From the NCBI GenBank assembly GCA_000004985.1, contig GG738848.1: DNA of 64,000 nucleotides. One strand, given 5' to 3'. Position 1 is the first letter of the stretch. Every line of letters begins with the position of its first letter. The notes below the pieces were generated by a model that was not told the origin of the DNA, did not search any database, and saw only the letters and a list, made by a program, of their open reading frames with translations. Positions 55,253 through 64,000 of this stretch are shown piece after piece. The translations under genes and the position numbers were made by a program. The stretch comes from Naegleria gruberi (taxonomy: Eukaryota).

Positions 55253-57412
55253 ATGAAACAAAAGCAAAATGCTGGATCTTCCACAACAACGAACGGAGGT
55301 GATTTTCCAAGCCTTCTCTCTCACACTGGACTAATGTTCAACAAGGGAAGTATTTGGATGGGATTTCGGGTGAATGGAAAAACATTCTATGTTGCACCAT
55401 TGATGGAGGATCACCATACGGAAGGTGTTAATTTTCAAAAGATGGATATTTCCGCACCATCATCACGATTTTTATTACTTGATGATATTTCATCATACGG
55501 AGTGGAAAATACAGAAGAACAGAGGACTATTCTCTACAAGAAATTGAACAACTTTCTCTTGAATAATGAACAAGAAATTAAACAAAAACTTGTTAAATTT
55601 TGGGATGAGAATGTTTCACCTGCAAGGTTATTTTCATTGGATGAATTGATTGCTTGTTTGGATTTGGAGCATGAGAAGATTTGTTCCGAGATTGGAAAAG
55701 TCATTTTGCAATTCTCTACATTCTACATTCTTACAGACATGCCACACTTTGAAAAATCCAAGCATGAAATGACATTTAAATCAATTTCTAGAGAACAACT
55801 AAGAGAAAGTACATTAAAGCTAAAATTCACTCACCAAATTGATAATATAACCAAGGGAGATGTAAATATAATTTTGGACCAAGAGGAGCTTATGATTTTG
55901 AAATACAGACTTTTGGAGTGTTTGATGGTTCAATCAGAAAGCAAATATTGGCATGAATTTTGTAAATATATTATTCCTAAAAACAAGACTATGGAAGGAA
56001 AGGTCAAATTTTGGTTGCACCACTTGGGAGTAGAGATTAGTTTACCTGAAGCATTAATTCTCAAATCAAATGTCTTCCCAGCAGAGTTGAATGACCTTGT
56101 AATTAAGTGTATTCTCAAAGTTGCTGACCCAAAGGAGTTGCATCACAAAATGAAGGATATTGTTCACTATACTGGCTACAAGGAAAAGATTCCAGAATTC
56201 ACAAAGGATTGGAGATATTACGATAATGTAATAACAATTGATTCGGAAGGAACTATGGACATTGACGATGCCATTAGTATTTTGGAGAGTAATTCAGATA
56301 GCCTTAAGGTAGCTGTGCACATAACCAATGTCGGTCACTTCCTCTATGAATATCTTGGAGAGAGTGATATTAACAAATTATTCCAGCATCATCTCTTTAG
56401 AGAAGCATCTAGAAAAGTTACCTCTCACTACATCTGCCTCCCAAAGGATTCTCCTCTCTTTAGAACTACTGATAATCACGAGAGACCACTGACAGTATTC
56501 CCGATGTTGCCACCTTCATTATCTGAGGATTTGCTCTCTTTGAAAACTGGAGAAAAAGTTGCAATTACTTATGAGTTTGATATGAAAGTTGGAGAACCTC
56601 CAATCCTTATCAATATTCATCCTTCCAGAGTGAACATTATTGAAAATACTACCTATGAAAAAGTTGAAACTCTATTCGACAGTGATGAGAATTGGGAAAA
56701 ACTCTATCAATACTGTGCCCAGCTCCAAACAAGTCGTCTCACAAATCAGCAAGTGGACAGACCTTACATTGTTCCTCATCCATCTAGTAATACTACAAGT
56801 GATTTGATTATTTCATCACGTAGAAGTCTAAAAGGAAGTATTGTTATTGGAGAATGTGCAATTTTAGTAGGATCACTTGTAGGAGAATATTTCTCAAAGA
56901 ATAACATTCCTGCTATTGCCAAAGTTTTTGAAGATGGCTTAACTAGAATTAAAATAAGCAACGGCTATTTATCCTCTCCTTACATTCAACAAACCAGTCC
57001 AGTCAGAAGATTTATTGATACAATCAATCAAATTCAATTATATTTACACTTGACAAGACAGGCAATTCTATCTGAAAATCAATTAGAACTATTCAAGGAG
57101 AAAATTGATTCAGAGACTCATAAATCACAAGATGTGGAAGATGATACAATCATGTATTGGGTACTTTGTAATTTGTGGGAAAATTACAAATATGATGAAA
57201 ATCAAGCATCTCAACCAAAACATCTAACAGGAATAGTTGGAAAACCAAAAGAAGGTAATCATGTTAAAATCAAATTAGATAAGGAAAGATTTTGTTCATT
57301 CAAAATACTCTGCTCTAACATTGATCCCAGTCTTTTAGATACAACCATACATTTCTTAATCGATTCAATAGATTGGGAAGAGTTAACTGTTAAAATAAAG
57401 CAGTTTGATTAG
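55253..57412 (+). CDS. RNB-domain (RNase II/R family) 3'-5' exoribonuclease-like protein
   Basis: RNB motif I VITIDSEGTMDIDDAISI and about 720 aa. The hydrophobic/basic N-terminus may be a targeting peptide. Confidence 0.6.
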   Translation: MKQKQNAGSSTTTNGGDFPSLLSHTGLMFNKGSIWMGFRVNGKTFYVAPLMEDHHTEGVNFQKMDISAPSSRFLLLDDISSYGVENTEEQRTILYKKLNNFLLNNEQEIKQKLVKFWDENVSPARLFSLDELIACLDLEHEKICSEIGKVILQFSTFYILTDMPHFEKSKHEMTFKSISREQLRESTLKLKFTHQIDNITKGDVNIILDQEELMILKYRLLECLMVQSESKYWHEFCKYIIPKNKTMEGKVKFWLHHLGVEISLPEALILKSNVFPAELNDLVIKCILKVADPKELHHKMKDIVHYTGYKEKIPEFTKDWRYYDNVITIDSEGTMDIDDAISILESNSDSLKVAVHITNVGHFLYEYLGESDINKLFQHHLFREASRKVTSHYICLPKDSPLFRTTDNHERPLTVFPMLPPSLSEDLLSLKTGEKVAITYEFDMKVGEPPILINIHPSRVNIIENTTYEKVETLFDSDENWEKLYQYCAQLQTSRLTNQQVDRPYIVPHPSSNTTSDLIISSRRSLKGSIVIGECAILVGSLVGEYFSKNNIPAIAKVFEDGLTRIKISNGYLSSPYIQQTSPVRRFIDTINQIQLYLHLTRQAILSENQLELFKEKIDSETHKSQDVEDDTIMYWVLCNLWENYKYDENQASQPKHLTGIVGKPKEGNHVKIKLDKERFCSFKILCSNIDPSLLDTTIHFLIDSIDWEELTVKIKQFD

Positions 57413-57615
57413 TAATTGGACACAATTGGAGAATTTCAGTTTTTACAAGAGTTTACTTTTACATGAGTTTACAATAAACATTATAAGAGATCAACGGATC
57501 AACCGATTTGAGAATGGTAAAGTTATCAATTTACTTTTTCATTTCCAATGGCACCTTTCTTTATTTACACATTTCCCATTTATTACTCCAAACCTTTCTT
57601 CTACAAACCAAAAAA

Positions 57616-58782
57616 ATGATTGGAAATCCAAATCCCAATCACTCTGATTCTCCTCCAACAACAACTACCAATTACTATTCAACAATAAATTCAAACTCTG
57701 ACAAGGAATCTTCATCATGCTCCAATAACAATTCGAATAGAAACTATTTGGAATCTATTCAAGCATCCAATGATATGTATCTTGTCCTATTTAAACAAGG
57801 ACTCTACTCCAACTCAACCATTACAATCAATAATGTGCAATATAAGGTTCATCGAGAGATTTTAATGGCCACGAGTGGATTATTCAGTGGTTACTTTTCT
57901 GGAGAGTTTGATGTTGATACTCAGTGGAATATTGAGGTTAAAGATTTGTTTGATGAGATTGCTTCTGTGGAAATGATTGATTTGGTCTTCAAGATTATGT
58001 ATAATAGTTATTGTAACTTTTGTAATGTTGTGGGAAAGAATGATTTTAGTGTTTCGTCTGATATTACAAGAGAAAATCTATTGGAAAGATTGAATTTACA
58101 TTACATTCTCAAATTCTTTTGTTATAATTGTATTGATGAGTATGATCCACATTTGGACAGATTAAAAGATGATTTCCAAAAACTATTCGAAAGATTGCAC
58201 ATTACCTACTCTATCATTCATAACAAGACAAAAATGAATTGGAAAGAAACCTTCCCAACAAGAAACATTGAAGAATCGGTTTATCTACTCAATCGTTACT
58301 TGGAAATCTTTCGAGATAAATCAGTCGAAAGAATGATCAAGTTCGATTCCAAGATTATCATCTATAATGGATTGAGATATAGCCATGGAGATAACGACTT
58401 TTGGATTGCCTACTTGTATCTCAATGTAATGGCTCCAATATTTGGTCAATCAATGAGCAGTAATCCAATTCTTAGAAAAGTTAAGAGAATTCCACATTTA
58501 GATTTAATTTGCTTTAGAAATTTATTATCCATGGACGAAAGTTATTTATTCCTTGCTCCATTAATTGATTTTGATAGTGAAATATTGAGAAATATTGTAA
58601 ATAAGAATGAATTCAATCGTTACAATGAAGATGAAATGAAACAAGCAGAAATTCAAATGGTCACTGATTGTCACATCAACTTTCCACATTCAATTTCACA
58701 TTATTTACTTTCTCTCTTCTTTTCCTCAAGCTTGGTTTTGAAAAATATGCAAAAATCACCTTCTAAAACATCTCTTCCATAA
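57616..58782 (+). CDS. BTB/POZ domain protein
   Basis: YLVLFKQGLYSNSTITINNVQYKVHREILMATSGLFSGYFSGEFD matches the BTB pattern (DVxLxVxxxxFxAHRxVLAAxSxYFxxMF). An S/N-rich N-terminus precedes it. Confidence 0.55.
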   Translation: MIGNPNPNHSDSPPTTTTNYYSTINSNSDKESSSCSNNNSNRNYLESIQASNDMYLVLFKQGLYSNSTITINNVQYKVHREILMATSGLFSGYFSGEFDVDTQWNIEVKDLFDEIASVEMIDLVFKIMYNSYCNFCNVVGKNDFSVSSDITRENLLERLNLHYILKFFCYNCIDEYDPHLDRLKDDFQKLFERLHITYSIIHNKTKMNWKETFPTRNIEESVYLLNRYLEIFRDKSVERMIKFDSKIIIYNGLRYSHGDNDFWIAYLYLNVMAPIFGQSMSSNPILRKVKRIPHLDLICFRNLLSMDESYLFLAPLIDFDSEILRNIVNKNEFNRYNEDEMKQAEIQMVTDCHINFPHSISHYLLSLFFSSSLVLKNMQKSPSKTSLP

Positions 58783-58799
58783 GAATCTAATATTTATTA

Positions 58800-61694
58800 T
58801 TACTTGAGATATTTGTTAATCTTGGTACAGAGTTTTGTGGCAACTGACATTATACTCAATTCGACGCTACCTCCATAACACTTGTTATATTGACAGCTAT
58901 TTCCATAATAAAAGGAGTTACATGAACAAGTATTCAGATTAATGCAAGATCCAACTCCATTACAAACATTACTAGCATTGGATGCAATTCCAAAACATTG
59001 ATAATTTTCACACATTGAACCACTATATCCAGTATTGCATTGGCAATTATTCATTGATTTACAAATACCCCTTCCTCCACAAACAGTTGTCTGATTGGAA
59101 AATGTTCCATTACATGTGAAAACTTCACAATTGTCACCATAATATCCAGTAATGCAGGTACATGTTCCAGATTGCTGGCATACGCCATTTCCTGAGCAAA
59201 CACTTGCATTGGTTGAGGCAATTCCTCCACAATACCAATCAGATTTGGCCAAAGCAGATGCAAATGATCTTCCAGGAGCAATCATGTAGGGCACGAGTCC
59301 TTCAAAGTGAGATTTCGTATAGAGTAATGATGGTGAGCTAACATAGGAAGTTCCTTCCAATAAAGAAGTTTGATAGTACTCATTTTCTCCCATAGCATAA
59401 ACATTACCTGACTTGGTAATGAAATAATAAGCAGTATGGCTTGCAAATATGTCAACTACAATTTCTGGAATATTAAGAATCAGTCCACCATTTTTAAACA
59501 TGGTCACTGAGCCATCAGTTCTCAAAGCAATCACATGTGAACCAACTGCAAGCTTCCTAACGGGATATGAATAATCCAAGTTGATCAATGTTAATGTTGA
59601 TAAGAAGTTAGCTGTTCCTGTTGTTATTTCATTCTTTTGATTGATTCCACATCCATATACAGTTCCATTTTGAGTTAAAATGAATGTCAACTTGTGTCCA
59701 GCATAAATTTCTTGAATAGTATGTCCATCATTAGTGAGTGAGGTCAAATCAACGCTTGTGATTGAGGTGGCTGAAGTGGAATATCCTGGAATTTGCCCTT
59801 CATAACTTGCACCAACTAAGTTACAAAATTATGTGAAATTTAAAATTTCAAATTCTTAACACAACTTACCAGCAAAAAGCATACCATTACGAAGAAGGAA
59901 CAATGAATGATCATAACCTGCAGCTACAGACTTGATTGGATATGGAAGATCTCCATAAAGATTCAAATTAATAAGACTTGTCGAAGTAGAAGTACCACCA
60001 TCTCCCAATTGATAATTATATCCAGCTCCATAAGAGTACCCTTGTCCACTAATTCTGTCCATAATCAATACATGAGAATCTGTAAGGGCAAAATCAGTGA
60101 AATTTTGATTCAAGAAAACAGATGAATCTATTGATGTCACATCAAATACAGGAATAAACAATGCTTTTTGTGACAGATCCATACCATTGGTACAATTACC
60201 CCATAATTTGTTGTTAAATGTTGGATATTGAGTGTCCAATAGAAGTGTACATCCATAACCTGCCTTAATTTGAGGATTATTTCCTAAAATTGCTGCAGCT
60301 GTTATCTTTGTTGGTTTTTGAACTATCTTAGGATCTCCAATACATGATTGGCCAAGATTGTTAGCTCCAAAATAGTACCATCCATCACTTGCAATAATGT
60401 ATCCATTATTGGTTAACAAAGAAGCTTTCAAAACAGTAAACCCTCCTGAAATAGTTTGAAATCCACTATTTTCTGTTCCCTTTTCCTCTGAATATCCCCA
60501 TGAATAGACATTATTCTGATCATCTATACACATAGAGGCATATCTAGAACATGAACAATCCACTATTGGATTAGTAAATAAATAGGTCAAATTAAGTGGA
60601 GCAGTAACTGTATAAACTGAAGTTGGATCCACTTGCCCATAACCATTTCCTCCAAATCCATAAACTCTATGTTGATCTGTCAGTACCAAAACATGCTGAT
60701 TTCCATAACATGTCTTGATCACTTTTCCATCAATGGCTGGTATTGGAACTTGAACTGGAGTTGAATATGGAGCATCATCAATTCCTGATCCAAATCCATT
60801 AGAATTCATGCCCATCATGTACATTTTACCATCAGTATCTACAAATGTCACTGATGTTTTACTGGCAAGATAGGTCAACATGACATAATCTGCCAAACCA
60901 TTAATATATGTAACATTCTTAATGGATGCAATAATTTGAGGAGTCCATGTGATGAGTGAATCATCTCCATAACCTCTAGTTCCATAATTGTAATATCCCC
61001 ACGAATGAACAAATCCACCTGTGGTGAGAACAAACATTGTCTCTCCTTTTTTGAGATCTCCAGCCACTGCAACCATCTTACATTTGTAATCACTTGGATC
61101 GAGCTCATTTGATGGAAGAGTTACCAAACTCCACTCCTTACTAGTTCCATTCTTCCAATAAACACTACCATCACTCAAACAAGCCAAACAAGAGATGGCA
61201 CACTGAATGTGTGAAATGTTTTTTGAGGTCATTGGATTGTAAACTCTCTGATCAGTTCTGTAAACATAAATTGATTGTAATTCCGAGCTCATAAAAGGTG
61301 GAGCTTGCTCATGAATTCCAGAAACTCCATTCTGATTATTTCCACATGTGAAAATGTGTTGTCCAAGAAAAGAATTCGTTACGTTATTGTAAAAATTAAC
61401 AACATAATAATTGTAAAAGTATCCATTGATAATGTGAGGAAGATCAAGAGTTACTCCACTCGTTGATCCGAAGGCTTTCTGATAGGATTCCTCTGGATTC
61501 GTTTGAAACATCCTGGTTAAATAGGAATTATAAAGAGGATACAATGTTGATTCTTTCAGTGCAGTTGCTCTTTGACCAGCTTCTCCAAAGTTATTCTTTC
61601 CCCATGAAAATACTTGTGATGATGCAACAAGTTTCGTTAGCAATAACAAACACAGACAGATGGCAACGTATTTCAATAGTTGTTTGAGTGACAT
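58800..61694 (-). CDS. Secreted RCC1-like beta-propeller repeat protein with C-terminal tenascin-type EGF modules; join(61694..59870,59815..58800)
   Basis: Signal peptide MSLKQLLKYVAICLCLLLLTKLVASS. RCC1-like blades (AAGYDHSLFLLRNGMLFAG; AGHKLTFILTQNGTVYGCG; VGSHVIALRTDGSVTMF; ASHTAYYFITKSGNVYAMG). A 54-nt GTAAGT...CTTAG intron in phase 1. C-terminal EGF modules CSGNGVCQQSGTCTCITGYYGDNCEVFTC and similar. Confidence 0.55.
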
Positions 61695-61803
61695 TTTTTT
61701 AACCGTGTCTGTTGGTTAGATTATACTCCTAAAACGGAATGGTTTACTTTGTTCCCAAGTTCTTCTTAAATTGAGCTACTTGTTTATATTTTACAATTGA
61801 TAT

Positions 61804-62736
61804 TTAGAATTTAGGTTTAACTCCATGTTGTTGTTTTAAATCCAATAAATCTTCTCTCAATTCTTTGATCACTTGTGGATTTGAGTTGGCTATCATATAT
61901 ACATATTGTTTCATTACTCCAGTTTCTGGATCGATTGTGGTAACGGCATCTCTTTTCATTCTTTCACTTGCAGTTCTCAAAAGTCCAAAATCTTGATATT
62001 TAACTCTTGCCTTAACTTCATTTGAATTATAATTCAAAAACTTTAAAGTGAAACGATCAGCCATGTCAGTTCTATTCAATAAGAAACTCTTCCAGAAAAA
62101 TCCAGCCAAAGGCATGTGAACCTTGAATCCCAATTCATTATCGAGAATTAAATTTCTAAAATCTGTAATTGTATCAACAACATTTCCAGAATCATCAAAT
62201 AAATAAAGAACCTTATTCTTACTATCATATTCCAATTTGGTAAGGACACAAATTTTGTGATTAATATTATTAACATGTGATGAATAACTCAGGTAGGAAC
62301 TTCCCATTAACCACAAACAACAAATGAACCAATTTACATTAATATCCAATTCATAGATTGTATAAAGCATTCCTGTGGTTGCCAAGGCATTCAAAATGTG
62401 AGTCTTATTAATTTGATAGGGTTGGATTATGAATCTGTGTACCAGATTATTATATTTTGAATTGTAGAGAATGATTGATTGATTTTCTGTAGTGCTACTA
62501 TTGGCTTCATCTGTACTGTTCTCTGATGAGGTTGCTTCTGATGTTGTTGTTCTTTTAAAAAGGCTTGAAACGAAATTTCCTCTCTGATTAGTATTTAACA
62601 TCATGCTTCCTCCAGAGATTAGCATTGATTTATAATTACTTCCCAAGAGATTTATCTTCCGAAGTGTTGTTGATGCCGATGACGATGATCGCAACGATGA
62701 ATAAACCAAAGATGAAATTCTTCTCATTTTGTTCAC
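61804..62736 (-). CDS. Hypothetical protein with an Arg/Ser-rich N-terminal presequence-like region
   Basis: MNKMRRISSLVYSSLRSSSSASTTLRK (mitochondrial-presequence-like); no recognisable domain. Confidence 0.3.
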   Translation of the reverse strand: MNKMRRISSLVYSSLRSSSSASTTLRKINLLGSNYKSMLISGGSMMLNTNQRGNFVSSLFKRTTTSEATSSENSTDEANSSTTENQSIILYNSKYNNLVHRFIIQPYQINKTHILNALATTGMLYTIYELDINVNWFICCLWLMGSSYLSYSSHVNNINHKICVLTKLEYDSKNKVLYLFDDSGNVVDTITDFRNLILDNELGFKVHMPLAGFFWKSFLLNRTDMADRFTLKFLNYNSNEVKARVKYQDFGLLRTASERMKRDAVTTIDPETGVMKQYVYMIANSNPQVIKELREDLLDLKQQHGVKPKF

Positions 62737-63468
62737 TTGATTTTTTTTAAGCTTGGAAAATTAATTTTGATTGTTTTTTCTTTTTTAAAATGATTTTGAC
62801 CATCTTTTTGATAGGTTTGATAGGTAGGACAAGGAATGGTTGATTAGTGGAAGAGTTACAAGTGTGAAAAGGTTAGTTTTAGTATTATCTAATACCTCGG
62901 ATGGTGTGCAAGAAATTCACATGATTTTTTCCAGTTGGTTGTATTGAAAATTATTAGCTAGTGTCATTATCTTTGCTGACATTCCCTAAAAGGAAATATG
63001 GCTCGTGTTATTGAATATTCTTTTCTTTGATAACGGACGAAGTGTAACACAAGAATTTTGAACGCCCTGAAGTCCAGATGAACCATCCATAATGTTCTCT
63101 GTTCTTCCTCTTCCTTGCCTCACCCATCTGCCAACCATCAAATTGACATTAAAACAAAAACCAACCCACTCACTCCATCATACGAGATAAGATCTAATAC
63201 TCCATACCAATTAGACTTTCCAGTGAGACAATTCTGTCAAAACAACTCTTCTTCACAGTCATCGATTGTCATCAAATCACAAAGAAAAAAAAAATTTCAA
63301 GTGTCGTTGCTGTCATCGACAACGAAAAACTTTCACTCTCTCTCTTTTTATTGAAATAATATAACTTTTCTCACTCCCTCTCGATCGACAAATTCTAACG
63401 ACGAACAACATCACCCACAGTATAATACTTAAATACCAAGTTGACTTTTTTAATACTCCTTTTACAAT

Positions 63469-64000
63469 ATGAGTAAAACCTACGATAAGGAAAAGAGAAA
63501 AAAAATCTTTGATGAAATTATTGATACTGAAGAGAAGTATTTACTTTCATTGGAGACGCTGAATAAGGTTTGTTTTTTCCGCATCAAATTCTTTTAATGA
63601 TGTTGATGGTGATGATAATTTTTATTATTGTTGTTGTATTTAATATTTAATTATTGTTGTATTAATGATGATGATGATGTTTTTTATTGTTGTTGTTGTT
63701 GTTGCTATATTATAATGATGATAATGATGGAAACTAACTCTCCGTAAAATTGTTGAAACTTTACAATATTAAATACTATTATATATAATATAATAACAAT
63801 TATTACAACGACGTGATATAGAATTATATTGTACCATTAAAAAAGAACAAGTACTTGAAATTTGGTAGAGAACTCAACTCTATTGTATCCAATCTGACAG
63901 TTATTGTCAATTTTAATAATCACTTGCTTTCTAAACTAAAACAAACGAATGAAGACGATATTGGTAAAACTTTCCAAATGATAATTCCCTTCCTAAAGAC
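63469..64000 (+). CDS. Partial gene: first exon of a Dbl-homology (RhoGEF)-like protein, followed by an intron containing TGA/TGT-type simple repeats
   Basis: MSKTYDKEKRKKIFDEIIDTEEKYLLSLETLNK matches the start of DH domains (RxxVIxELxxTExxYVxxL). GTTTGT donor at about 63568. The rest lies beyond the window. Confidence 0.35.

Noticed and set aside
59856-61694. Kelch-repeat protein call for the large minus-strand ORF
   Set aside because: The repeat consensus (xGxxHxxxLxxxGxVYxxGxN) fits RCC1-like blades better than Kelch (no GG...Y...W pattern). It is called an RCC1-like propeller with EGF modules.
1-64000. Prokaryotic-style systems (CRISPR arrays, operons, defence islands, restriction-modification) or mobile elements
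   Set aside because: The sequence is clearly eukaryotic nuclear DNA: spliceosomal introns with GTAAGT donors; eukaryote-only families (formin, ATG9, ARL2, Rad9, RBR, USP); Pol III tRNAs with T-run terminators. I saw no direct-repeat/spacer arrays, transposase or reverse-transcriptase ORFs, or terminal inverted repeats.
1-64000. Alternative (ciliate-type) genetic code, suggested by the AT-richness
   Set aside because: Conserved C-termini end at TAA/TAG exactly where homologs end (cathepsin B ...GEAVY*, LAP ...LLQEE*, GPx, ARL2). Long ORFs contain no in-frame TAA/TAG, so the standard code applies.

Overview
This window is an AT-rich (about two-thirds A+T by eye), very gene-dense nuclear segment from an intron-containing eukaryote that uses the standard genetic code. 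Conserved C-termini end at TAA/TAG, which argues against a ciliate-type code. I call about 40 protein-coding genes, roughly one per 1.5 kb, many in divergent pairs. There are also three Pol III tRNA genes (initiator Met, elongator Met, Ile-AAT), each followed by a T-run. Introns are tiny, about 28-62 nt, with GTAAGT/GTATGT/GTTAGT donors; several 3' splice sites appear to be AAAG rather than YAG. Codon usage is AGA/GGA/CAA/TTG-biased. I cannot assign the organism from sequence alone. It looks like a compact protist-like or early-branching lineage genome. A PTEN-like-domain formin, an NHL/EGF receptor kinase and tenascin-type EGF arrays are present.

Recognisable housekeeping genes include a cathepsin B-like protease, a beta-hexosaminidase, the presequence protease PreP, a ribophorin II-like protein, an MFS transporter, an amino-acid transporter, ATG9, ARL2, an M17 leucyl aminopeptidase, BCS1, a glutathione peroxidase, a formin, an RNB exoribonuclease, a BTB protein, Rad9 and a RhoGEF fragment.

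The most striking feature is a contiguous block of six genes (about 3.65-10.4 kb), all belonging to ubiquitin-like protein conjugation:
- a single-chain E1 (inactive plus active adenylation halves);
- two UBC-fold proteins that both lack the catalytic Cys (one has Ser at that position);
- a Cys-rich RBR-like protein;
- an intronless 89-aa beta-grasp UBL whose Gly-Gly lies 11 residues before the C-terminus;
- a USP-type deubiquitinase.
Every promoter in this block carries one or two copies of a (G/T)AAACGTGA element. This looks like a compact, co-regulated, possibly novel UBL conjugation module.

Other notable loci:
- a tandem-BRCT + FHA + SMG6-type PIN nuclease gene two genes away from Rad9;
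- a receptor-like kinase (NHL repeats, tenascin-type EGF array, TM, kinase with DWG instead of DFG) with apparent frame disruptions in the repeat array;
- a formin whose N-terminus is an inactive PTEN-like phosphatase/C2 module;
- an aldo-keto-reductase pseudogene at the window start.

Coordinates were hand-counted from the printed sequence and cross-checked against the ORF track; expect errors of 1-2 nt at exon boundaries.
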